A DNA stretch of 29,188 bases from a virus (lineage: Duplodnaviria; Caudoviricetes). The DNA is taken from positions 1-29,188 of IMG/VR virus record IMGVR_UViG_3300035164_000463. One strand, written 5' to 3'. Of this stretch, positions 16,085 to 23,474 are shown in pieces (position 1 is the stretch's first letter; every line of letters begins with the position of its first letter). Under the pieces are notes generated by a model. The model did not search any database, had not been told where the DNA came from, and saw only the letters and a list, made by a program, of their open reading frames with translations. The translations under genes and the position numbers were made by a program.

Positions 16085-19000
16085 TTAGTCCAGGATAAGG
16101 TTATATACGTAAGCTAATTCTTCTACATCGCTTTCTGCTATAGAGGCAACGTTTCCTGCCGCATTTATCCAGGCAGATCCGTTCCAAGTTTCAACATAAT
16201 TTACGCTTGGTGTTTTATTGTATCTAGTAGTACCGACTTCTGGACTACTTGGACGTTCTGCTGTAGTCCCAACAGGTGGAACCATACCATTTACGTTTTG
16301 AATTTTTAGGTATGCAAGTCCATTGTTATTTGTATGATTGATTATAAAATTATTATTAGAATTATTAAACAAATCGTTAGTTTGAAATTGCAAATCTCCT
16401 ATTATTGTTTTTCCTGTACCGTTTGATTTTAGTTGAAATGTTCCATCCTGTTCGTCAGTAGATATAACATTACCGTCAATTGAAATTTTACCATCTGAAC
16501 TAAAACCTTTACTTTCTAGTAAAATTCCGTTTAATGTATGATTTGTCTGTCCTGCTGTAACAAATTGAAATTGATTATTTGATAAGTCTAAATAAGTATC
16601 TCTATCTGAGTCATATATACCTTGTAAACTTACAGGACCTCCTACTTCAGTTCCTTCAAATCCGTTGAAATTTGTGTTGAATCTTATACCACCTTGTACT
16701 GCTGGTCTTTGTGCAGTTTCACCTTTTGGTAATCTAAGTTCTCCTGTTGAATCAATTTTTACCTCAGTGGTTGGAGAAAATATAATATCTCCTGTGGTCG
16801 AATTTACAATGTTAGATTTAAACTGTAAATCGTTAAATTTAACTTTACCTGCATTATTAGAATTTATATATAAATCTGCATTTGTTTCGCTTGTACCTAG
16901 AGTTCCAGTTGATAATCTCAAAGTATTTACATTTACTACTTGTGAATTTACTTCTTGCCATCTTTTGCTTACAGTTCCTAATTTCTTTGCTTCAGAACTT
17001 CCTGGTTCAAAGTTTTGACTAATAGGAGTGTTAAAGTCAACTGTATCTGTTGGACTATCTCCTAAATTCTGTAACGATCCGTTTATTGTCAAATTTCCTG
17101 TTGTTGTAATTTGTGGAGCAACAACATTTCCTTGGAAGTTTATAATTCCTGTACTATTGAAATTTAAATTTCCTCTAAAAGCTTCAATGCTATTTCCTTG
17201 AATTGCAATCTCATTTTGTGTTATTAATCCAGGTTGCAAAGTAATTGTATTATTACCTTCTCTGATTTGAGCCGTGGAGTTAGTAGCAAAAATACTTTCA
17301 ACATCAAAACTTGTTCTTTCATTTTCTAAATCAACTAGGAAATTATCACCAACTCTAAAATTTCCTCTTTGATCTTGTGTGGTATAATACACTTTTGCAT
17401 TATTAGTTTTTATAACTTCGTTTGCTCTTACAGTCAATGTACTATCATTAGTAACATTTTTTCCTGCACCAATATATGCAAAATTTTGATTTATAAGATA
17501 CGCTAAATTATTTGCTCCGTCGGCTTCTAATCCTTTGTTTCCATACACACATGCACTTGCTATAGATCTAAGTTCTGCACCATACACTGTACTTCCGTCT
17601 GGGGCAGTTCTTCCTGATCCTTGTTCTAATTTTATTCCTGTTGATGCAAAATATGTGAAACTGTTCAACCATTCTATTCTAGTTCCACTTTTTGCAGTAA
17701 GTCCTATAGCACCAGGAGTAATAAAAGTTACTGCATGAAACAAACAACTTGCTGATCTAGAATTTTGCACAGCAACACTACCATCTATTAATGCACCTCT
17801 ACCTGCATCTCCTGAGTCATATCCTCTTGGATCACTTGCACTGGTTGTTGAGCCTTTTGTCAATACTGTAACGTTTCTAATGTAAGGAGAGCGTCCAATA
17901 GTTTGATTTACTATTCCAATGTTATAATTAGTAGCTAATCTAAAAGCATATCCTTTGTCATTACCAGAATCATAATAAAAATCTTTTATTGTTATATTTT
18001 CTATTGTTACATCTGGATTTAACAAAAATGCATCATTACTCTGTGTTGCTGACGTAGGCATTACTTCTACACTTCTGATACTGTCTCCTTGTATTGTTAC
18101 TCCTGCTGGAACTGTCATTGGAAATGCTTCTTGATATGTGCCAGGATAAATGTAAATAAAATCTCCTGCTGTGGCAACGCTAAGAGCCTTTGTAATTGTT
18201 GCATAAGGGCCACCAGGACTATAACCTTCATTTGTATCACTGCCGTTTCCGTTACTGACATACAGTATATCATTATTTTTTGTAAGATTTATTCCTTGAT
18301 ATGTAATACCAGTTGTTTTTACTGTATCCGCATTAAGATCTTGGACAAATAATTTAAAACCTTTTTCTGGTCCTGTGCTATCATTATCTTTACCTAAGTG
18401 GTAAACATTATCTAAATCAGGAGTTATGTTATCATGAAAGTCTGCAAAAAAGTTTGCAGTATCAGTTGAATCGTCTCCTATAGTCAAAGTTGTACCACCA
18501 TATGTAATGTTACCCGTTGCGTGAACATTACCTGTTACTGTAGTTGTAGTTCCTGATTGTATTTGTAATTTTTGTGGAGCACTTGCTGGATAATATTTTT
18601 CTATGTAGGCTTTAAATGCAGTTGTGTTATTGTGATCGGCTAACGTTTTTGTTGCAGGATAAGCCACTCCTCCTACAAACTGTGTGTTCATATTTCTTAA
18701 TTGCAGAGCATCTTGTACATCAATGTCGCCATCACCATCAAAGTCTAGTGCGTTTAATTCTTCTGTGGTCCAAGACCCTGATTGAGATAAAGATAAAGCA
18801 TAATCATAAAGTCTATCCATATCATTTGGAGGACTACTTGCACTTACTTTTGGTCCAGGAGACCAATAATTACCATAGTTACCGTTAGCTTCCCAGACTG
18901 CTGATGAACCGTCTATTGCTTCTGGTCTTATACCAATGCTTCCATTAGTCTGTAATGCCTGTATACCATCACCCTTAACTGCAAAATTATAACTTCCTAT

Positions 19001-19321
19001 ACCTGATGTTTTAATATACCCTGCAGGATGTGTTGATTTAATTGTTATATCTCCACTTGCAGTGGATATACCAGAAGAAGCTAAAGTAAAATCGCCTACT
19101 TTTAAACTGTTACCAAAAACAATATCAGGATCTGAGCCACCTGACGTAGTACGCATTGTTCCGTTGATAGTTAAATTTCTTGGAGTAGTTGTGGTTGCAA
19201 TACCAAGGGTATTATCTCTTTTTACAACCAATAGATCTGTGTCAAATGCCAGATCGGCAAGTTCACGTTGTAAGTTGTCTTGTAATAGCTGTCCGCCTAT
19301 TCGGGCTACTTGTGTCGACAT
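16085..19321 (-). CDS. Giant fibre-like structural protein (1078 aa), paralogue of the 1240-aa protein, with a dockerin/EF-hand-like insertion
   Basis: 'RIGGQLLQDNLQRELADLAFDTDLL' vs 'RISGPLLKSNLLRNGTDLAFETDLL'; shared 'DPRG..SGDAGRGA', 'FH.VTFITPG', 'EWLN.FTYFA', 'RSIASACVYGN', 'YD.DRDTY'; contains DFDGDGDIDVQDAL. Confidence 0.85.
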   Translation of the reverse strand: MSTQVARIGGQLLQDNLQRELADLAFDTDLLVVKRDNTLGIATTTTPRNLTINGTMRTTSGGSDPDIVFGNSLKVGDFTLASSGISTASGDITIKSTHPAGYIKTSGIGSYNFAVKGDGIQALQTNGSIGIRPEAIDGSSAVWEANGNYGNYWSPGPKVSASSPPNDMDRLYDYALSLSQSGSWTTEELNALDFDGDGDIDVQDALQLRNMNTQFVGGVAYPATKTLADHNNTTAFKAYIEKYYPASAPQKLQIQSGTTTTVTGNVHATGNITYGGTTLTIGDDSTDTANFFADFHDNITPDLDNVYHLGKDNDSTGPEKGFKLFVQDLNADTVKTTGITYQGINLTKNNDILYVSNGNGSDTNEGYSPGGPYATITKALSVATAGDFIYIYPGTYQEAFPMTVPAGVTIQGDSIRSVEVMPTSATQSNDAFLLNPDVTIENITIKDFYYDSGNDKGYAFRLATNYNIGIVNQTIGRSPYIRNVTVLTKGSTTSASDPRGYDSGDAGRGALIDGSVAVQNSRSASCLFHAVTFITPGAIGLTAKSGTRIEWLNSFTYFASTGIKLEQGSGRTAPDGSTVYGAELRSIASACVYGNKGLEADGANNLAYLINQNFAYIGAGKNVTNDSTLTVRANEVIKTNNAKVYYTTQDQRGNFRVGDNFLVDLENERTSFDVESIFATNSTAQIREGNNTITLQPGLITQNEIAIQGNSIEAFRGNLNFNSTGIINFQGNVVAPQITTTGNLTINGSLQNLGDSPTDTVDFNTPISQNFEPGSSEAKKLGTVSKRWQEVNSQVVNVNTLRLSTGTLGTSETNADLYINSNNAGKVKFNDLQFKSNIVNSTTGDIIFSPTTEVKIDSTGELRLPKGETAQRPAVQGGIRFNTNFNGFEGTEVGGPVSLQGIYDSDRDTYLDLSNNQFQFVTAGQTNHTLNGILLESKGFSSDGKISIDGNVISTDEQDGTFQLKSNGTGKTIIGDLQFQTNDLFNNSNNNFIINHTNNNGLAYLKIQNVNGMVPPVGTTAERPSSPEVGTTRYNKTPSVNYVETWNGSAWINAAGNVASIAESDVEELAYVYNLILD

Positions 19322-19346
19322 AATTTTTCCCTCGATTCTACAACAG

Positions 19347-19354
19347 TATTTATT
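19347..19354 (-). promoter_or_regulatory. Late-promoter-like AATAAATA
   Basis: Intergenic, upstream of ATG 19321. Confidence 0.5.
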
Positions 19355-19357
19355 GTA

Positions 19358-19876
19358 TTACTTGTCGAAGTTATGTAGCACTTGTACAGGTTTGCCTGAA
19401 GGTACAGGTGTGCCAAATACAAGATACCAACCTGCGGCATAAGGTGCACCTGGTCCTGAAGAAGGGTTTTGAACCAAAGTATAGTTTGTAGTAGCTAATT
19501 GGAAAACGTTTTCAATTGTTACTAATATATTATTTTCTGAAATAGGTACAGGATAAAAACTATCTCCTGAATCTAACGGTCCAAATGTAGTTTCAACTCC
19601 GTTACCGTTACCTAAATTTTGTTGTGTGATTGTAATAGGTTCTTTAAATCTTATTGGTTTCCAAGCACTGTTCTGATATACCTCAAAGTTTGTAACATCG
19701 GTATTATATCGCAACATTCCTTCTACAGGTGTAAAAGGCCTTGCATTTTGATCACCTTTTGGTGGTATTAATGCTTTATCCGTGTTAAATTCTGCCAAGC
19801 CTAGTGAGTCAATGTTAAGACCTCTAGTATCAGCATTGATTCCTCTGGTAGTTGTAGATGCTTTAATAAATCTCAT
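19358..19876 (-). CDS. Virion structural protein (172 aa) with the 'P.G....RP....EGMLRYNT...FEVY...W' module
   Basis: Module shared with the 151-, 1078- and 1240-aa proteins; TAATG coupling with the upstream gene at 19874-19878. Confidence 0.75.
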   Translation of the reverse strand: MRFIKASTTTRGINADTRGLNIDSLGLAEFNTDKALIPPKGDQNARPFTPVEGMLRYNTDVTNFEVYQNSAWKPIRFKEPITITQQNLGNGNGVETTFGPLDSGDSFYPVPISENNILVTIENVFQLATTNYTLVQNPSSGPGAPYAAGWYLVFGTPVPSGKPVQVLHNFDK

Positions 19877-20220
19877 TACACTTCCAAGTAACTGATAGTC
19901 ATTGCCAAGTTAGCTGGAGACTGACTTACTGCAATTACTCTATCTCCACCTTCTAACACAATCTTTTCTGTATCTAAAGTAAAAGTATCTGCACCTGCTA
20001 TTTTCAAATCATTTAAGATCTGATTAGCATTAGGGTCAGTGTTACCTTTTGCTTGTCCGTTTGGAACAAAGTGTAGATCAAAAGTAGTGTCATTTCCGCC
20101 GCCTGTGTCAGCTGATGCTGTGTTACAAACCATTATTGTTGTAACTGCAAATCTACTTCCTGCCGGCACAGCTAAAACTTCAGTATCAGTTAATCCTATC
20201 TTTTTGTTTACAATCGCCAT
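19876..20220 (-). CDS. Small beta-rich virion protein (114 aa), paralogue family
   Basis: 'VLAVPAGSRFAVTTIMVCNT...KIVLEGGDRVIAVS'; AAGGA SD overlapping the upstream stop. Confidence 0.75.
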   Translation of the reverse strand: MAIVNKKIGLTDTEVLAVPAGSRFAVTTIMVCNTASADTGGGNDTTFDLHFVPNGQAKGNTDPNANQILNDLKIAGADTFTLDTEKIVLEGGDRVIAVSQSPANLAMTISYLEV

Positions 20221-20229
20221 ATTCTTTCC

Positions 20230-21180
20230 TTAAAATAACATACTATATAGTAATGATCTATTAGTACTTATCAATTCATCCTCATGATTATATTTGTTTT
20301 TAAACCACACGCCGGTTTTACCTTTGTCTGGATCTTTACCAAAGATAGCAATCATAGTAGCAGATGAAGCCACTACAGCAGAATCGTCTTGCACAGGCAT
20401 TCTCAAAGTACTATCAATCTTTACAAAAGGACTACCTTGACTGCTTATGGTCAAATCTGCTCCACTTGTAGTTGTAGTGATTGTGTTATCTTGAAATAGT
20501 AAGTTTTCTATTTCTGTGCTGTCTTTTCTAAAAATTGCAACTTCACTGTTATCAACTTTAATTTGGAACCTGCTTACACCTCCATCTAAACTAGAATCTT
20601 TAACTGTGAATGTTGAATCTCCTCTTTGGATACTGTTAACCTGAATTGTTTGCACACCTGTTGTAATAGCATCATCAACATATTTTTTGTTAGGTATGTC
20701 ATCATCGTCAGTAATTTGATTTTCGTAAGCATTAGTTCCGCTTACACTTATTACTCCAGTACCGCTATTGATCAAATAAAGATCTCCGCCTCCTGTTGCA
20801 ATAGAATTTGTAAATAATCCTATAATTTTATTATTTGTATCTTTAAGTACAAAAGTACCATAATCAACAGTTTGTGTAACTGGGTTATTGTGTGTTAATG
20901 TTTCATCGAATAAGAATTGCGAGTCGGCATAGTTGCCTCTATCAAATCTTATTCCTGCTGTATTAAGGGTAATACCGTTTCCAGTTTCGCCTTTGTTTAA
21001 AAATATGATGTTATCTTTGATGTCAGTATCAGTAGAATTGATAGTGGTCGTCGTTCCTGCAACTGTTAAGTTTCCTGTAATAGAAGTGTTTCCAGTAGCA
21101 CCAGTATCAAAAGTAATGGTTGCACCGTCGGCAACTCTTACCGTATAATTTCCTGTATTTACATTTAATATCTTTGACAT
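20230..21180 (-). CDS. Fibre-like structural protein (~316 aa; ATG at 21180 preferred over TTG at 21192)
   Basis: 'ITGNLTVAGTTTTINST...IKDNII.LNKG' and 'DDDIPNKKYVD' are typical phage fibre shaft/neck motifs. Confidence 0.75.
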   Translation of the reverse strand: MSKILNVNTGNYTVRVADGATITFDTGATGNTSITGNLTVAGTTTTINSTDTDIKDNIIFLNKGETGNGITLNTAGIRFDRGNYADSQFLFDETLTHNNPVTQTVDYGTFVLKDTNNKIIGLFTNSIATGGGDLYLINSGTGVISVSGTNAYENQITDDDDIPNKKYVDDAITTGVQTIQVNSIQRGDSTFTVKDSSLDGGVSRFQIKVDNSEVAIFRKDSTEIENLLFQDNTITTTTSGADLTISSQGSPFVKIDSTLRMPVQDDSAVVASSATMIAIFGKDPDKGKTGVWFKNKYNHEDELISTNRSLLYSMLF

Positions 21181-21193
21181 TACAAGTTCCAAT

Positions 21194-21222
21194 AATTAGG
21201 GGGGAATACTCCCCCCATAATT
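21194..21222 (-). terminator. Strong GC hairpin between the 123-aa and 316-aa genes (weak terminator or processing/stability signal)
   Basis: Minus strand GGGGGGA-GTAT-TCCCCCC flanked by AATTA/TAATT; no clear poly-U tail. Confidence 0.45.
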
Positions 21223-21224
21223 CT

Positions 21225-21596
21225 CTAGATAGCTGTTAGCTGTAGGAAACTTACAGTAGAGTCATCTTCAATAGTATATGTGTATCTATTGTTGTTGTTA
21301 TCTCTGCAAGTTCTATTGTATAGTTTGGTAATGAATACACCACCACCGCCTACTACTTGTCCTGAAATAGACATTTCATTTGCACCTAGTGATCCAGATG
21401 CTTTTGCAACTAATGTACAAATACCTTCGTTACCTGAATCATCTTTTGCATCATCTACTAAGAATTTAGTAGCTGAACGTTGGCTTTTGATCATGCCAAC
21501 GACTGAAGCGGCATTACCAGCAACCTTACAGTTGATAGTAATATTAGTGCCGTCTGCTAACGCACCAAACTTTCGTTTATTAACTGGTCTTCCCAT
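21225..21596 (-). CDS. Hypothetical structural protein (123 aa), first gene of the fibre/appendage cluster
   Basis: Strong AAGGAG SD, late box upstream, MGRPVNKRKFG start, stop followed by a hairpin. Confidence 0.75.
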   Translation of the reverse strand: MGRPVNKRKFGALADGTNITINCKVAGNAASVVGMIKSQRSATKFLVDDAKDDSGNEGICTLVAKASGSLGANEMSISGQVVGGGGVFITKLYNRTCRDNNNNRYTYTIEDDSTVSFLQLTAI

Positions 21597-21611
21597 TTTT
21601 TTCTCCTTTAA

Positions 21612-21685
21612 TTTGACGTTCTAGGTCTACGCGGCGGGTACCGCATAAGTCCTCTAATAGCCCTAGAGGTACAATTCTCTATGAC
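21612..21685 (-). promoter_or_regulatory. Structured 5' leader (two hairpins) upstream of the 123-aa gene
   Basis: Minus strand CCTCTA-gggctat-TAGAGG (21651-21669) and TATGCGG-tacccg-CCGCGTA (21628-21647); an alternative CTAGG/CCTAG pairing is possible. Confidence 0.45.
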
Positions 21686-21690
21686 AAATA

Positions 21691-21698
21691 TATTTATC
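21691..21698 (-). promoter_or_regulatory. T4-late-like promoter GATAAATA
   Basis: 7/8 match to TATAAATA; same variant at 1041-1048 and 5919-5926. Confidence 0.6.
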
Positions 21699-21723
21699 TT
21701 ATTGTAATGATTAGTGTGCAGTC

Positions 21724-21751
21724 AAAAGAAAAGACGCCTAAGCGCCTTTTC
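21724..21751 (-). terminator. Rho-independent terminator closing the putative ncRNA
   Basis: Minus strand GAAAAGGCGC-TTAG-GCGTCTTTTC-TTTT. Confidence 0.75.
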
Positions 21752-21754
21752 CGA

Positions 21755-21975
21755 AAATAAGCAAGTATAGGTAGGACTCGGTTATACCTACAACCCCTCG
21801 ACCGAGATGCCATTCTCAAATCCAGGGAGCCTGTTTCCGCTCGGTAGAGCGATGTGACTCAGCGTATTTCTACTACCAAGCCTGGGTACCACCCCTAAAC
21901 AGCCAAGTTCGACGCTCTGGTAAACGCCTCTTCCTTGCACTATATAAAAACTCTAGCTACAAGTTTTTAGCTTAT
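21755..21975 (-). ncRNA. Putative structured non-coding RNA (~220-250 nt), family not assigned
   Basis: GC-rich island with no convincing ORF, between a sigma70 promoter and a terminator. Closing stem GCAAG/CTTGC; hairpins GGCGTTT-acca-GAGCGTC, GTA-GAAA-TAC on an extended stem, CGCTC-tacc-GAGCG, GAGA/TCTC and GTAGG/CCTAC. Confidence 0.7.
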
Positions 21976-21981
21976 GTATAC

Positions 21982-22010
21982 AATATAACAAATAAAAAAG
22001 CATTTGTCAA
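21982..22010 (-). promoter_or_regulatory. sigma70-type promoter TTGACA-N17-TATATT (with TGn extension) driving the putative ncRNA
   Basis: -35 at 22005-22010, -10 at 21982-21987, 17-nt spacer, A-rich UP-like tract upstream. Confidence 0.8.
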
Positions 22011-22040
22011 CTGTTTTTTTTACTTTTTTTGTCCAAAATG

Positions 22041-22187
22041 TTATTTTTTACTGTTCCATAGTTCAAATAATGTTTTTACCTTATCTTCTAATGTATCTAT
22101 TCTGTTATACATTTTGGCTAACACAATAACTAATGAAACAAAAGCCACAGCAATTGGCCAAAGCTGTATGATGTCCTCAAGATTCAT
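22041..22187 (-). CDS. Small single-pass membrane protein (48 aa); not in the supplied ORF track
   Basis: GGAG SD; MNLEDIIQLWPIAVAFVSLVIVLAKMYNRIDTLEDKVKTLFELWNSKK*; hydrophobic segment followed by a heptad-like tail; ACTAAATA late-like box upstream at 22224-22231. Confidence 0.7.
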   Translation of the reverse strand: MNLEDIIQLWPIAVAFVSLVIVLAKMYNRIDTLEDKVKTLFELWNSKK

Positions 22188-22259
22188 GATTATATGCTCC
22201 AATCCGAAATGTCTAAAGCATATTATTTAGTGGGTAAATGATAGGGATAAAAACGTCAT

Positions 22260-22287
22260 AAAAAAGGGCGACAAGTGCCGCCCTTTT
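22260..22287 (-). terminator. Rho-independent terminator after the major capsid gene
   Basis: Minus strand AAAAGGGCGGC-ACTT-GTCGCCCTTTTTT, about 20 nt after the stop; A/T tails on both sides, so possibly bidirectional. Confidence 0.85.
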
Positions 22288-22306
22288 AAATTCTTTGTAA
22301 CTGTTA

Positions 22307-23464
22307 TTAGCTAAAAGTTACGTTAGATATTGCAACTTTACCTAAGTAGTCAGCCGCATTACCTAATGAAGAAGCAACGTTTGATAGCTCAACATATCCG
22401 TATCTAGTCATGAAAGACACAACTGGTTCGAATGTGCTAGGATCTAACACAACGCCACTTGACATTAGTGGAATGTATGGGCAGTAAAATGCCGCCGCAT
22501 CAGACTCTGAAGAGCCTTTGTATCCAACTAATACGTCAGTGCTGTCGCCTGCATAAGCATCTACATACACTTTCATAGCACCATTTAAAGTACCAACCAT
22601 TTTAGTGTTAGTTGGAGCTTCAAAAGTACCTTCAGTTGTTCTAGCAAATGCTGAAGTTGTAGCAGACTGTAGGATAGTTAATGCAAATGGTGATACCACT
22701 GCAAAATTACCCGCGCCACGTCTTGTTCTAGCCGCGATGTTGTTAGCAACTTTGTTGATTAATACGGACAATGCCGCATGTTCGTCACCAACAAATGTAG
22801 CTGTACCGCTAACTGCCGCTTGGTTAAACGTTTCTGCCGCTGTACCAGCCAAAGTACGTAGAGATGCTAAAATCTCTTGGTCAATTTCAGCAGTAATTTC
22901 TTGGGCTAATGCCGCCATAATTTCTGCTTCGATATCGATACCTTGTTGTGCTTGAGCATCTTGAGCCGCTTCAAAAGTCCATCTAGCTGATAGCTTTCTG
23001 GTTTTTGCTTCGACTGTTTGCTTCAAGATCTGGATGCTTAAACGTGAACCAGCTTGACCTTCAAGAGCAGATGTAGTATCAGCTTTGTCGGTTGAACCGC
23101 CACCTGAATAACCAACACCAATCTTGAATGGTGATAGAGCTTCTTCACCAGCAGTGACATCGTCTTTGCCGTCTGCATAGCGAACTCTTAATGTGTGGAT
23201 TTGACCCACAGGACCTGTCATAGGCTGTACTCCAACTAATTCGTTGGCGATAACAGTTGGCATAACACGTCTGATTACCGGAAGGATAACTCTATTTAAA
23301 GTGGCAACGTTACCTGCCGAAGATGCACCAGCTGTTGCCGCCTCTGCCAAATACTTACGAGTATTTTCAAGAGTGACGCCCATTACAGCTTTCTTATTGC
23401 CATCAAGGCCTTCAAGAAGTGCAGTCTTTGTATCCTGCCAGCGACTTTCTAATAGTTCTGACAT
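22307..23464 (-). CDS. gp23: Major capsid protein, T4 gp23-like (385 aa from ATG 23464)
   Basis: 'ILPVIRRVMPTVIANELVGVQPMTGPVGQIHTLR', 'VEAKTRKLSARWTFEAAQD', 'EITAEIDQEI', 'AFYCPYIPL', 'FMTRYG'; AAGGAG SD before ATG 23464. Confidence 0.95.
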   Translation of the reverse strand: MSELLESRWQDTKTALLEGLDGNKKAVMGVTLENTRKYLAEAATAGASSAGNVATLNRVILPVIRRVMPTVIANELVGVQPMTGPVGQIHTLRVRYADGKDDVTAGEEALSPFKIGVGYSGGGSTDKADTTSALEGQAGSRLSIQILKQTVEAKTRKLSARWTFEAAQDAQAQQGIDIEAEIMAALAQEITAEIDQEILASLRTLAGTAAETFNQAAVSGTATFVGDEHAALSVLINKVANNIAARTRRGAGNFAVVSPFALTILQSATTSAFARTTEGTFEAPTNTKMVGTLNGAMKVYVDAYAGDSTDVLVGYKGSSESDAAAFYCPYIPLMSSGVVLDPSTFEPVVSFMTRYGYVELSNVASSLGNAADYLGKVAISNVTFS

Positions 23465-23474
23465 TGTTTTCTCC

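Noticed and set aside
16057-16085. sigma70 promoter using the TATAAT next to the TATAAATA box
   Set aside because: The -35 position reads ATTACA (weak); the late box explains the site better.
1059-19321. Diversity-generating retroelement or invertible tail-fibre cassette
   Set aside because: No reverse transcriptase or invertase, no template/variable repeat pair differing only at adenines, and all genes share one orientation.
21755-21975. tRNA, tmRNA, RNase P, SRP, 6S or group II intron identity for the ncRNA
   Set aside because: No cloverleaf with T-loop and CCA end, no GAGGAAAGUCC, no SRP GGAAGGAAGCAG, no domain V. The GGCAUCUCGG match to the E. coli 6S 3' end is too short and the predicted fold is not rod-like.
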